Positions 1 to 9,536 of a DNA stretch of 64,000 bases are shown here, piece after piece. Location: positions 64,001 to 128,000 of the IMG/VR virus record IMGVR_UViG_3300028840_005911. One strand, 5' to 3'. Source of the stretch: a virus. The notes under the pieces were generated by a model that did not search any database, was not told where the DNA came from, and worked only from the letters and a program-made list of their open reading frames with translations. A program made the translations under genes and the position numbers. The number at the start of each line of letters is the position of its first letter. Positions within the stretch are counted from its first letter, which is position 1.

Positions 1-1
1 G

Positions 2-361
2 CCCAAGTACTGCGGTAAGCTCAAACCGACCCTCGAGGCGGATTTCATCGCCATGTGGGACCCCGACAACGATATCGGGACCTGGGGCAAGGGTAAGAAG
101 TCCGGCGGTGTTGGCGCGCTGTTCCTCTATCTCCTAGACGAGGAGACCGGAGAGAACGTCTACATCTCCAAGTGCGGCGGAGGTCTGACAGACGAGGACG
201 TCTTCAAGCTCGCCGATCCTTCTCTGTACCCGCTCGTGGTCGAGGTGGAGTTTGCTGCCTGGACACCCAAGGGCTCCATCCAGTTCCCGGAACTCAAGAG
301 GGTTCGTCACGATAAGGATCCTGAGGATTGCACTCTGTCCCAGAGACCGGAGGTGGAATGA
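2..361 (+). CDS. lig: ATP-dependent DNA ligase, C-terminal OB domain (5' end outside window)
   Basis: Open frame from base 2: KLKPTLEADFIA...KCGGGLTDED...VVEVEFAAWTPKGSIQFPELKRVRHDKDPEDC, the typical ligase OB-fold tail. Confidence 0.85.
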   Translation, partial: PKYCGKLKPTLEADFIAMWDPDNDIGTWGKGKKSGGVGALFLYLLDEETGENVYISKCGGGLTDEDVFKLADPSLYPLVVEVEFAAWTPKGSIQFPELKRVRHDKDPEDCTLSQRPEVE

Positions 362-600
362 TGGCAAAGATAGGTGATATAGCCGTTGTCCCGGAAGGGA
401 CCAAAAACCCATACAAATCTGAACAGATTATCGGCAAACTTCGGGAGGAACTTCTACGAAAATTCCTGACCGGGGAAGAGACTGCTGGATACGAATTCTG
501 GGATGCCCCTATATGTGGTGGGGCCAAGAAGCTGAGGGATAAAGAAGAAGCCAGAGTCGACCAAGAATTCATCGACTATCTAGTTGGGAGATCAAAATGA
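358..600 (+). CDS. hypothetical phage protein
   Basis: ATGA overlap with ligase stop; GGAGG SD. Confidence 0.6.
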   Translation: MMAKIGDIAVVPEGTKNPYKSEQIIGKLREELLRKFLTGEETAGYEFWDAPICGGAKKLRDKEEARVDQEFIDYLVGRSK

Positions 601-902
601 AGTGGCTATCTGCCCTGAAGACAGGTCAATATTCCGATACCTATATCTTCATTGTCGGGGCCTACGACACTAAGGATCAGGCTACCCATGCTGCAGAAGA
701 TGTTCTCTCGAAGGCCAGAGAACTGCGGAAGAGATACGAAGAGGTACAGAGCCACGATGATCCATTCGAAGAGGAACTGACGATAGATAGAGAACATGAG
801 AAGCTCTTCAACCAGGAAGGGGATTGGTTCCCGACTAGAGACCCAGAGGATTGGGATATTATCGTAGAGCAGGTAGGCGATAAACTGGTAAGGATATTCT
901 AA
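597..902 (+). CDS. hypothetical phage protein
   Basis: ORF track; ATGA coupling. Confidence 0.65.
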   Translation: MKWLSALKTGQYSDTYIFIVGAYDTKDQATHAAEDVLSKARELRKRYEEVQSHDDPFEEELTIDREHEKLFNQEGDWFPTRDPEDWDIIVEQVGDKLVRIF

Positions 903-935
903 TGAAATACAGAACATTCATCCCGTGGAGGAAAC

Positions 936-1178
936 ATGAACGGTAAACTGTATGTACTGATTGGGGAGTACAAGGGAGATTATGACGATTTCTACGAACG
1001 CCCAACCGAGTCTATCGCCGCCTCCAAGAATCTTAAAAAAGTAGAGAAACAAAAAGAGATACTCAACTCGGAAGGACACGACTTCGTTGACTTCCGAGTT
1101 GAAGAAGTCGAAGACCTAGACTACGACATCACCCAAAAGGCCAGGGCCCACTACGGATGGCCTACGGAGCAAAAATGA
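936..1178 (+). CDS. hypothetical phage protein
   Basis: GGAGG SD; acidic small ORF. Confidence 0.65.
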   Translation: MNGKLYVLIGEYKGDYDDFYERPTESIAASKNLKKVEKQKEILNSEGHDFVDFRVEEVEDLDYDITQKARAHYGWPTEQK

Positions 1179-1393
1179 GCACAGCCGGAGAACGTGTAGA
1201 TATTGTCTCCAGGGCCGTCCTTGACGAGACATCTGGAGAGGTGCATCTCACAGTCAGAGCATATGAAGATAATGGGACCACATTTCGTGGAATCGTCTTC
1301 AAGTTCAGTCTTGAGGATCTTCCCCAATATCCGAATGGCGGTCATCTCATTCATAGAAAACTCAGCAAGAAGGACATCAGGGACACGAGGTAG
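1175..1393 (+). CDS. hypothetical phage protein
   Basis: ATGA overlap; in operon. Confidence 0.6.
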   Translation: MSTAGERVDIVSRAVLDETSGEVHLTVRAYEDNGTTFRGIVFKFSLEDLPQYPNGGHLIHRKLSKKDIRDTR

Positions 1394-1394
1394 A

Positions 1395-1679
1395 ATGATG
1401 GACATACGACCTGAAGGCTGGCTGTTTAACATCCTAGACATAGAACATCATCCCATAGTCCGCCGTTGGCTTGACAGAGGAGATGGTGTAGCCGTATATC
1501 GTAATGTGGCTCTGGATTCTGGTAATCTAGGCCATCGAAAGTTCGTGAGCTTCGGATCCGAAGCGGCTCAGCTCGAGACTGATGATCCTCCAAAGAAACT
1601 TCCCGATATCGGAGGACAGATCAATTGGAGATACCAACTCGAAGCTGTAGTTAGGAGAGCTTTCGTGGAGGGAGAATAA
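1395..1679 (+). CDS. hypothetical phage protein
   Basis: GAGG SD before ATG at 1395. Confidence 0.6.
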   Translation: MMDIRPEGWLFNILDIEHHPIVRRWLDRGDGVAVYRNVALDSGNLGHRKFVSFGSEAAQLETDDPPKKLPDIGGQINWRYQLEAVVRRAFVEGE

Positions 1680-1873
1680 TGTCCTACACAAAGCGTGTTG
1701 ATATCTGGTGCGATGGTCCGGAATGCGGAGACTGGATATCCCCAGAGGATCCTACCCAATACGTGAACAGGGCCAGGGAAAGGGTAGCTCCGTATGGGTG
1801 GATATACTACGGCGGTAAGGATTACTGCCCTTACTGTGCAGAGAAAATTAAGGGAGTACAAGATGAAGATTAA
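1679..1873 (+). CDS. small Zn-finger protein (paralog of 36007-36189)
   Basis: IWCDxxxC...GW...DYCPYC. Confidence 0.6.
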   Translation: MSYTKRVDIWCDGPECGDWISPEDPTQYVNRARERVAPYGWIYYGGKDYCPYCAEKIKGVQDED

Positions 1874-2075
1874 CACAAGTCTATCTTTGGCCGAAGACGA
1901 ATGGCGCGAGATGTGCGACCTCTCCTACGGACTGTGTATCTCCTGCGGATCGGAGAGGGAATGCACGGAGCCGGATGCCGAAGGGTATGATTGTCCGGGG
2001 TGCGGGGAAAACTCAGTGGTCGGGGCAGAGCAACTTCTGTTTGTGGCGCCGGACATCATACAATTTGGTGACTGA
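1863..2075 (+). CDS. small Zn-ribbon protein
   Basis: CISCG...EPDAEGYDCPGCGE. Confidence 0.6.
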   Translation: MKINTSLSLAEDEWREMCDLSYGLCISCGSERECTEPDAEGYDCPGCGENSVVGAEQLLFVAPDIIQFGD

Positions 2076-2279
2076 ATGACTACGGTATATGATCTCGGCT
2101 CCGGGAAAGAGGCGGCAGTATACTCTCTGCCTCCAAAAGAAGCTTTGATAGCTTGCTGGGAACAGCATCACAAGAACCACAGTACCTGGGAGTACGCCAA
2201 GAAACTCGAAGAAGAGTTCTATCCTCTTGAGGAAGGAGAGTACGGTTACACCCTCGGGAAGCTCTGGGTAAGGAAATGA
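2076..2279 (+). CDS. hypothetical phage protein
   Basis: ORF track; in operon. Confidence 0.55.
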   Translation: MTTVYDLGSGKEAAVYSLPPKEALIACWEQHHKNHSTWEYAKKLEEEFYPLEEGEYGYTLGKLWVRK

Positions 2280-2731
2280 GGCATGTAACTGTAGGAGGAG
2301 ACGGGTTTAGTAGGCGGTGTAACGTCACCGCCAAGAAGGTCTATTGCCCAAATTCTTCCTCCATTGGATATAGCAAAGTGCATGCTGATCCGGGAGACTG
2401 GATTGTTTGGAGAACACTTCTGGACGATGACAATTACCTGTTAGAGAGCGGGAGGGTTCTAGGCCATATATCATCTTGCGACTCTGACGGAGAAGACTGC
2501 ACAGGTTGGCTGTTCGTCCTATGGGTGTTCAGATGGGGAGGATGTGGAATACGGTGGATAAATCCGAAGGATGTCGTTGAATGTTGCCCTCCCTTTCCGG
2601 AGCTCATGCACTTCATAATGTCGTTTGACGTGAGCGCTGAAAACATCAAAGAAGTTTGTAGAGCGGTCCACAGGGGTGAGCTGTCTGAACCCTACATCGA
2701 ACAGGTGAAGAGCCGCCTAAAGGAGTATTAG
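2276..2731 (+). CDS. hypothetical phage protein
   Basis: ATGA overlap, 151 aa. Confidence 0.6.
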   Translation: MRHVTVGGDGFSRRCNVTAKKVYCPNSSSIGYSKVHADPGDWIVWRTLLDDDNYLLESGRVLGHISSCDSDGEDCTGWLFVLWVFRWGGCGIRWINPKDVVECCPPFPELMHFIMSFDVSAENIKEVCRAVHRGELSEPYIEQVKSRLKEY

Positions 2732-2977
2732 ATGGAACCTGGAGATTGGACAATAGATGATATACTTCAAGTTCTCGACCGTGCAGATATCGATGCTGAA
2801 CAGCTGGACGATCTGGTGCTTGATATGCATATCAAAGATGCCTCCCTGGTCAGCGCCTCGGGACTTCGCGGACAGGTAGAGTATCTATCCGAGCTAACCG
2901 GGGACCCAAGGGAGACTCTGAGGATGATAGCGAGGCACACCAAGAATCCGGTCATTACGGCCCCCGAGGATATATGA
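2732..2977 (+). CDS. hypothetical phage protein
   Basis: abuts upstream stop. Confidence 0.6.
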   Translation: MEPGDWTIDDILQVLDRADIDAEQLDDLVLDMHIKDASLVSASGLRGQVEYLSELTGDPRETLRMIARHTKNPVITAPEDI

Positions 2978-3168
2978 GCGACAACTACGAGCTCGCCCGA
3001 TCCGATACCAAACTGGACGGCGTGACCGGGCATATGGAGATCACAGTCCGCATCATAGACCACAAGAACGAGGTCGTCAGGGCGACGGTCTTTCTACTAG
3101 ACGCCGGCGACCTAGAGATACAACACCAAGGCTTCAAGCCTCACGTGGCAAATCTGAGGAGGGAATAG
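2974..3168 (+). CDS. hypothetical phage protein
   Basis: ATGA overlap. Confidence 0.6.
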   Translation: MSDNYELARSDTKLDGVTGHMEITVRIIDHKNEVVRATVFLLDAGDLEIQHQGFKPHVANLRRE

Positions 3169-3172
3169 AAAA

Positions 3173-3487
3173 ATGGGAATGTGGACCGACATAAAAGCGT
3201 ACAAGAAGTCAGATGAGCACGACAAGCACGTCAGGATTTGGAGGATGTGCCAAGAAGAGGGTGTAGGCCTACCACCAGAAACTGCAGCATACTTCTCAAA
3301 ATTGGGGGACTACATAAAGGACAACCCAGATAATCTATGTGATGATGAAGTAAGGGACCTTCTCGAGACGGACCTCCAAGATAGTGTGCGGAAGATCGAG
3401 GGCGAGGAGATGGTCGACGGCTACGAGATAGACGTCGCCAAGCTCCCAAAGGATGTGGCGATCATCAGATTCGCGAACCACTACTAA
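3173..3487 (+). CDS. hypothetical phage protein
   Basis: ORF track, GAGGAGG-like SD. Confidence 0.65.
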   Translation: MGMWTDIKAYKKSDEHDKHVRIWRMCQEEGVGLPPETAAYFSKLGDYIKDNPDNLCDDEVRDLLETDLQDSVRKIEGEEMVDGYEIDVAKLPKDVAIIRFANHY

Positions 3488-3498
3488 GGTGCATACAG

Positions 3499-4053
3499 AT
3501 GGTATATAGCGATAAAATCGGAAAGGTGAAAGAGACCAGGCTGGGAGAGTTCGAAGTCACCTCTGGAGCCTTGAGGGTCACCGACCCTTGCTACGACGAG
3601 GTGGTATGGTGCTCAGGTACCGTGGACAACGTCAAGAACGGTACCTGGGAAGCTTTCATCATGACCAGCGACTTCTCCTCCTGGGGGAACAGGGTCATCA
3701 AGCTTCTCGCGAACCACAAAGACTATGAAGGGATCAGCAAATTCGAGCACGAGGACGTGGGATTCGAAGTCGGTGTCGACTCCGGCCAGGCTGGCATCTT
3801 CGATCTCGAGGAATGGAGGAAGATGCGGCATGACTTCAAGGATGAGTGGTACGGTGATATCTGCGGGGTAACCAACCCTGCCGGAGTCATCCCCTGGGGA
3901 GTGGCTACCAGGTCAGGATTCGGAGACGGAGGATACTTCGCAGAGAAGTACCTCAAGGATGGCAAGGTAGTAGGTATCGAGGTTGTCTTCATCGTCAACG
4001 AAGACGCAGAAAAGTGCGAGTACGGAGAGGAAGACTGCGGGTGTGTGGGATGA
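3499..4053 (+). CDS. DUF4241-like protein
   Basis: LRVTDPCY, VGVDSGQAGIFD and SGFGDGGY motifs. Confidence 0.7.
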   Translation: MVYSDKIGKVKETRLGEFEVTSGALRVTDPCYDEVVWCSGTVDNVKNGTWEAFIMTSDFSSWGNRVIKLLANHKDYEGISKFEHEDVGFEVGVDSGQAGIFDLEEWRKMRHDFKDEWYGDICGVTNPAGVIPWGVATRSGFGDGGYFAEKYLKDGKVVGIEVVFIVNEDAEKCEYGEEDCGCVG

Positions 4054-4146
4054 AGCTCGTACTGCTGGCCACGCTGGTGGCGATAATAATCTTGTCCGGC
4101 CTGATCATCCGTGGAATAACCAAGGCCCTGAACGAGGAGCTCAGAG

Positions 4147-5304
4147 ATGGAACTGATAAAGACGAACTTCCGTGACAAGGAGTGCAAGATCTCCATCGAC
4201 AAGGACATGGAGGTCGAGAGGGTATCCGGTGACTGCGACCTCATGGAATGGACGGAGCTGGATTCCTATCGCGACTACTCCGGATACCACGTCTCAAAGA
4301 CCTTCTCCACTCCTGACGGCCTTCGGTACAGGCTGGTCATCGAAGACGAGGACCTCAGCCAGTTTGACGCTGAATGGGAGAAGGAGGAAGGCGATAAGGA
4401 ACTGCACAAGTTCGTCGTGACTCTATACGTCGTCCCCGTCTCAGTCACCGAAGAGGTCGCCGCTGAGTGCCTCGGTGACAGCATAGAGATGGTCGAAGAG
4501 ATCGTGGGGAAAGACCCTGAGGACTACAGTGAGTTGGTCCTTGATATCGCCAGCCACGGACATAGGGTGCGGATCTGGGCAGAGACGGTCTGGGCCACGA
4601 TGCCGGAACAGCCAGAGGTCAAGGATCTCATCGAGGAGGCAAAGAAGCAAGCCGAACCAGTTCCGGACCTGATCAAGCTCTACATGAATAGACCTATCAA
4701 CCGTGCAGGGTGGACAGGATGGTGGGTCATGAGAAACGCGAAGGCATACCCCGGTCAGCACATCAACACCAACGATGCAGAAGAGGAGATCACCGACTGC
4801 GGGGACTGCGGGGAGGAAAGACGCTGTCAGAGGTTCGATACCACCGAGGGGGACAGGTGGCTCTGTGAGCGCTGCCTGAGCTTCTGGACCGACTGCAAGA
4901 AGTGCGGCATCCTCATGCTGCATTCTCCCAAAGGATATGAGGGGGCAGAGTGGGTCAAGATCGATGGCAAGAAGTACTGCGACGACTGCGCTCTGAAGAT
5001 CATGGAGACCGATCCCCCACGGATCATGAAGGGCGGGACCCATTACTCAGATGAGGAGCTCGCAGAGAACATCCTCGACCTGGCCGCTCTAGGCCGGGAT
5101 AACATCTACGGGGATTTCAAGGTCGACAAAATCTGGAGGCTGAGGTTCGACGAAGACCCGAAGAAGATGTACGAACACTTCGCCCGGCACATCATCAGCA
5201 AACCTGGTGACGAGTTCTTCCTGGCCATTGTATCCAAAGGCCAGTTCGACATGGATCTCAGCTTGTACGTGAACGTCAAAAAGAGGAATGATAGTAGTAC
5301 TTGA
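4147..5304 (+). CDS. hypothetical protein with internal CxxC Zn-finger cluster
   Basis: 385 aa ORF with CGDC, CERC, CKKC, CDDC. Confidence 0.7.
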   Translation: MELIKTNFRDKECKISIDKDMEVERVSGDCDLMEWTELDSYRDYSGYHVSKTFSTPDGLRYRLVIEDEDLSQFDAEWEKEEGDKELHKFVVTLYVVPVSVTEEVAAECLGDSIEMVEEIVGKDPEDYSELVLDIASHGHRVRIWAETVWATMPEQPEVKDLIEEAKKQAEPVPDLIKLYMNRPINRAGWTGWWVMRNAKAYPGQHINTNDAEEEITDCGDCGEERRCQRFDTTEGDRWLCERCLSFWTDCKKCGILMLHSPKGYEGAEWVKIDGKKYCDDCALKIMETDPPRIMKGGTHYSDEELAENILDLAALGRDNIYGDFKVDKIWRLRFDEDPKKMYEHFARHIISKPGDEFFLAIVSKGQFDMDLSLYVNVKKRNDSST

Positions 5305-5312
5305 GGCAACGC

Positions 5313-5909
5313 CTACAGTACTCCCCCTTCTTGCCGGTCTTCGGGTTCACCTTCGTCGTCGTCACCAACTTGCATTTCGGGCAGCGCATCTTCCGTCCCT
5401 TCCCGGACGTCTCTATCGCTCTGCTTCCCAGACTTCTCACCATAGTCGCCTCCAAAGATCACGGCTCCCTCGGGGTACTCTTCCTCGGGGGAGCCGTGCT
5501 CCTCTTGTTTCTCTTCTTTAGGTAGCTCCGGGAGCTCTGACAGGTCCTTCCCGAGATACCAATGATGATAGTGTTGTGCCGAGTCCGGCCGCTGCCTGAA
5601 CTCGTCGAACTGGTTGAAGAGGTCGTTGATGGTCTCCACCGTGACCTCCGGGATGGCAGTACCGAAGTTCTCGTTGTGGTACTCCGTCAAGGTGTTGAGC
5701 CTCGAGACCGTCATCCTTACCAAGACCGCCAGCTGAGCGTTAATGCCCTGCTCGTTCTCCTGGAGCTTGGACTGGTTGTTCCACAGGATCTTCAGATCCT
5801 GCTCAAGCTGCTGAACCCTTTGAACGAGCCCCTCTACGAATTTGGCGAGACGCTTTACCGTTGGTCTTGACCTTGGCAGCTTTACCACTTTCTTTCTTGG
5901 CTGCGCCAT
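5313..5909 (-). CDS. hypothetical coiled-coil protein with acidic tail
   Basis: ORF track; GGAGGG SD. Confidence 0.65.
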   Translation of the reverse strand: MAQPRKKVVKLPRSRPTVKRLAKFVEGLVQRVQQLEQDLKILWNNQSKLQENEQGINAQLAVLVRMTVSRLNTLTEYHNENFGTAIPEVTVETINDLFNQFDEFRQRPDSAQHYHHWYLGKDLSELPELPKEEKQEEHGSPEEEYPEGAVIFGGDYGEKSGKQSDRDVREGTEDALPEMQVGDDDEGEPEDRQEGGVL

Positions 5910-6183
5910 TCTTGCCCTCCTTGATCTCCACTGTGCTGTCCATGATGGTCGATATCTGGTCCGACAACGGGGCGATGTGATCAGATACCACCTGGTCCCG
6001 GATGGTCACTACCGTATCTGATCCGACCTTGCCGACATTATCGGTCCAGATCTCCTTACCTTCCAGCTCGATTCCCTCATCGGGGATGAACGTATTCAGG
6101 AAGTTTACCACCTCCTGCCAGACTGCCCGCTCTTCTTGAGCGAACCTCAAATCTGTCAGGGCCTGCGAGAGTTTCTGCTTCAT
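5803..6183 (-). CDS. hypothetical phage protein
   Basis: ORF track; overlaps next gene by about 100 nt. Confidence 0.6.
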   Translation of the reverse strand: MKQKLSQALTDLRFAQEERAVWQEVVNFLNTFIPDEGIELEGKEIWTDNVGKVGSDTVVTIRDQVVSDHIAPLSDQISTIMDSTVEIKEGKNGAAKKESGKAAKVKTNGKASRQIRRGARSKGSAA

Positions 6184-6326
6184 GGTAAAATTTCTCCCGT
6201 CTTTCGGTACAAGGACTTTGTCGGACCTTCGATGGTGAGTGACGGCCAGCTCACCAGGGATGTCCTGGAGACAACCCGGCCAGGGTCAGTAGCCGAATCC
6301 TCATCTTGGTCGAGGCGACCATCCTG

Positions 6327-7067
6327 TTACGCCGTCACCAGGGCAAAGAACCTCTTGTTCAGAGAGGCACCCGCTGAGGTGTCCTTGATGATATTTTTTA
6401 GCGGGTAGATGGTCGGAGTCCTCCGCTCCTCCCGCGCCTTGTTCAAGAGGTCGATGGTCTTCGTCGACTCGTGCTTCATGTCGTACCGGATGTCAGTGGG
6501 ATGGTACTTCAAGTAGATGTCAGCCGATCCGCCGAGCTCCCACCAGAGCTTCTCCAGGAGGTCCGCGATCTTCTGCGGAGGGAGCTTGAACAGCCTCTCC
6601 CCAACGATGCACGGCATCATGGACATTTCCTTGGTCGGCCTGTTCTCCTTCTGGAGGTAGTCGATGTGCTTCTTCTTGGACCCTGGGTCCAGGAACTGTT
6701 CTCTCGAGCATGACGGGCAGACCGTGTGGAAGTGGGCGAAGTTGCTCTCCATGATCGGCTTCTTGCAGTCATCGTACCCACACCAGTACATCTTCTGGTC
6801 CCCACCGCCATGAAACCGCCTGCCGGACTCCCAGATGGTGATGATCCCTGTCGAGGGCTTCAGTGCCGATATGGATCTATCCTTGCCGAACATGATCTCG
6901 ATCTTGTACTTTGCCCGGATCTCTTGTGACTGGATGATGTCGAGCTGGCGCTTCTTGTCCTCCTCGGCCATCTTGTTGACCTGGTCCAGGAGAACCCTGC
7001 GCTTCTGGGGGGAATCCCCATACCTCTCCAGGATGTCCTCTTCTACATTTACCGGGTTGACTGGCAT
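6327..7067 (-). CDS. hypothetical phage protein with Zn-ribbon
   Basis: 246 aa; YWCGYDDC...CPSC. Confidence 0.7.
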   Translation of the reverse strand: MPVNPVNVEEDILERYGDSPQKRRVLLDQVNKMAEEDKKRQLDIIQSQEIRAKYKIEIMFGKDRSISALKPSTGIITIWESGRRFHGGGDQKMYWCGYDDCKKPIMESNFAHFHTVCPSCSREQFLDPGSKKKHIDYLQKENRPTKEMSMMPCIVGERLFKLPPQKIADLLEKLWWELGGSADIYLKYHPTDIRYDMKHESTKTIDLLNKAREERRTPTIYPLKNIIKDTSAGASLNKRFFALVTA

Positions 7068-7068
7068 A

Positions 7069-7557
7069 TCAACCCCTCACCAGGGAGGCGCCCTTGCCAA
7101 CGTTCACACCGCCCGAGGGAGTCCCAGGACCGAGCAGGGGAGCCTCCAAGACCTCCATCCGGGGTGATACCTCATCTATGGCTCCGCAAATGGCGTGAGC
7201 GGCATTCTTGAGGTCATTGGACCCGAAGCTGAAGGCCCACCCGTAGACCATCTTGTTGCCCTTGAGGAAATAGTTCTTCCCGATATGGCTATCACAGATG
7301 TCTCGGGTCCGGACGAGGATGGTCTTGGCCAGTTGGTGAACCACGGCCCGCTCGTTCTCCTTCTTCACCCTGGCGAGGATGTGTACCTGCCCGGCCACAG
7401 CCCTGACCTCGGCCACCTCTACGAGGCTCGTCTTCTCCAAGGCCCCGGCGATGAGCTGCGCTATGTGCTCGGCTTCGCCCTGGGGGGAGATATCCGGGGC
7501 ATCGAAGTCGCTGATGTCCTGGCCTACTTCGTTCTTCCCGGTCGATGTGAAATCCAT
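7069..7557 (-). CDS. hypothetical phage protein
   Basis: ORF track; GGA SD. Confidence 0.65.
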   Translation of the reverse strand: MDFTSTGKNEVGQDISDFDAPDISPQGEAEHIAQLIAGALEKTSLVEVAEVRAVAGQVHILARVKKENERAVVHQLAKTILVRTRDICDSHIGKNYFLKGNKMVYGWAFSFGSNDLKNAAHAICGAIDEVSPRMEVLEAPLLGPGTPSGGVNVGKGASLVRG

Positions 7558-7567
7558 TCCTTAGCTC

Positions 7568-7816
7568 CTAGTTCATGTTGAGTTTCTCGAGCTCCGCCTC
7601 GTAGTCCTCGATGAGGCCTTCACACCTTACCCGGCACAGAACGAGAATGTTCATCAGAGCCTGAGTCGCGGCCCAGTACAGGAACTTGTCCCGCCGGGTG
7701 GGATTGTTATCCAGCTCCTGGAGACGTTCCTGTATGGCATCCTGGGCCTTGTTGAAGGTCCTGAGGTCTCTCCGCACATGCCAGAGTTCCTCGGTGATCT
7801 CTTTCCTACTGGCCAA
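7568..7816 (-). CDS. hypothetical helical protein
   Basis: Likely TTG start after GAGGAAG. Confidence 0.5.
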   Translation of the reverse strand: MASRKEITEELWHVRRDLRTFNKAQDAIQERLQELDNNPTRRDKFLYWAATQALMNILVLCRVRCEGLIEDYEAELEKLNMN

Positions 7817-8135
7817 TGACTTCCTCGAGAGCTTTGGCTCCTCTATCGGTGTCCATAGAGGGCCTTGATTCCGCCGTCTTCTCTTGTTCATCCTCCACCC
7901 AAGTGAGGTATTTGCACGGCTCTCCGCCGCCAACGTGTGGCATTGGCGCCCCTCCGGGCTCTCCCCCTACCCGAGGGATGGCACAGCACGCTCCTACTCC
8001 ACAGTTGCATTCACCTTTGCGCTCTCCGCCGGCGAAGTAGTAGGTACACTCGTCGGGGAGGTAGTGCCCAATTGTAGGGTAGTCCCGACACACCTTCGGC
8101 CGGGTCTCGTAGATACTGCACCTGGCGATGAGCAT
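7806..8135 (-). CDS. YkgJ/CxxCxxCC-like Cys-cluster protein (C-terminal half of motif)
   Basis: CSIYETRPKVCRDYP signature plus further Cys cluster. Confidence 0.55.
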   Translation of the reverse strand: MLIARCSIYETRPKVCRDYPTIGHYLPDECTYYFAGGERKGECNCGVGACCAIPRVGGEPGGAPMPHVGGGEPCKYLTWVEDEQEKTAESRPSMDTDRGAKALEEVIGQ

Positions 8136-8143
8136 GACTTCCC

Positions 8144-8329
8144 TCAGATGACCCTATCCAGCTCGGCGTAGGCCTTTTTGACGTCTCCCCACGAGACGTC
8201 GATGTTGAGGACGATGTCCTCGTTCTTGAGCTCCCCCTTCACGCCCTCCTTGTCCACTGAGACGAAGGACCTGTCATTTCCCAGTTTGGCGTGAGGGTTC
8301 TTCGTGTCCAGATTGACGTCGATCTTCAT
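8144..8329 (-). CDS. hypothetical phage protein
   Basis: GGAGG SD before ATG 8329. Confidence 0.55.
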   Translation of the reverse strand: MKIDVNLDTKNPHAKLGNDRSFVSVDKEGVKGELKNEDIVLNIDVSWGDVKKAYAELDRVI

Positions 8330-8814
8330 AGCTTTCCTCCTTCTTTTTCCATGTAGCAGACCCAAGCAGATACTTCTTGTCCCGTGTACCTGGGTTCTAC
8401 CCTGTGAACTTTCGTGATTGCCTTGACTCCCAGTTTGCCGGCAAGTATCACGTGTGTAGCCTTCGAGAATTTGTCGTCGGGCGGAAGGATGACCCTACCC
8501 ATGACATCGATGCTCGCCTCGACCGGAAACTCGGTGTCCATTCCCTTTACTTTGACCCACATCTCGATGGGGGCGCTGGGGCGGTTGAGGTCTGTCTCCT
8601 TCACAGATCCCATCTCATCGGCGATGGCCAGGCCGAGGTCCTTGATGAACTTGTTGATCTCGTCAAGGCCGCTGTCCAACGAGACCTTGCGGGACCCAAC
8701 CAGATCCGACGCCTCCTCCGGGAGCTGCTTCCACCCGATCATCTGGTTGACTGCGTCCTTCGGGATCAGACCCGATTCCAGCATCAGCTTCACTGTCGGC
8801 TTGATTTCTTCCAT
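8326..8814 (-). CDS. hypothetical phage protein
   Basis: ORF track. Confidence 0.65.
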   Translation of the reverse strand: MEEIKPTVKLMLESGLIPKDAVNQMIGWKQLPEEASDLVGSRKVSLDSGLDEINKFIKDLGLAIADEMGSVKETDLNRPSAPIEMWVKVKGMDTEFPVEASIDVMGRVILPPDDKFSKATHVILAGKLGVKAITKVHRVEPRYTGQEVSAWVCYMEKEGGKL

Positions 8815-9358
8815 CGCCTATCTCCATTGTGGCCTTTACCACGTAACTGATATCCCTGTATTCTGCCTCGACGTAGGGAGCCCCACACAGAAGAAGTGTC
8901 TCTGGGGGAAGGAACCCCACGATCTCGACCGGTACCCCGAAGATGGTCTCAACCCCTTCAGATGCCGGTAGCCCTTTACCCTCTAGATCCAGCCACATGT
9001 CCAATACGGGGGTCGAGGTCGTATAACCGGTGACAAAGCATAGAGGTAGTAGCTTCTTCGCGTGGACGAGCTGCATCATGTCGAACAGAACCTCCGGCGG
9101 GCTCGGCTCGCTGTTCAGGTACTCATCCACGTAGGCATTGTTCATGGCCGCTTCGAGGTCCAGATCGCCTTCCTCGCAGTACGTCAGAGGGGCCATCCGG
9201 TACGCAAAGACCGGCTTCCCGAGCTCGATGACGATCTTGTGGATAGCTCCGCCGTCGATGATGTTCCTGACGAGCTCGACTATCCCGTCCTTCGTGGAAG
9301 GAAGATTGTAGTCCTCCCTGACCAGCTTGACCCGGTCCTCATCAAATCTGTTCGACAT
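8663..9358 (-). CDS. hypothetical phage protein
   Basis: ORF track; AGGGAG SD; C-terminus overlaps next gene. Confidence 0.65.
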   Translation of the reverse strand: MSNRFDEDRVKLVREDYNLPSTKDGIVELVRNIIDGGAIHKIVIELGKPVFAYRMAPLTYCEEGDLDLEAAMNNAYVDEYLNSEPSPPEVLFDMMQLVHAKKLLPLCFVTGYTTSTPVLDMWLDLEGKGLPASEGVETIFGVPVEIVGFLPPETLLLCGAPYVEAEYRDISYVVKATMEIGDGRNQADSEADAGIGSDPEGRSQPDDRVEAAPGGGVGSGWVPQGLVGQRP

Positions 9359-9536
9359 CGACTCCCTTTTCCCTTTCTCTCAAGTCAACGAAGTGACTCA
9401 CGATGATGTTCGTGATGGTAGTGCAGTGCCGGTCCGCATAGTCACGCGCCCACACCTTGAGATCCCCGGGGATCAGGAGATTGAGCCTGGCCTTGCCTTC
9501 GGGCTCAGGAGCCTCTTTTGTCTTTCCCTTCTTCAT
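9342..9536 (-). CDS. ribbon-helix-helix DNA-binding protein
   Basis: ARLNLLIPGDLKVWARDYADRHCTTITNIIVSHF fits the RHH pattern; ATGA overlap with amidase stop. Confidence 0.55.
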   Translation of the reverse strand: MKKGKTKEAPEPEGKARLNLLIPGDLKVWARDYADRHCTTITNIIVSHFVDLREREKGVDVEQI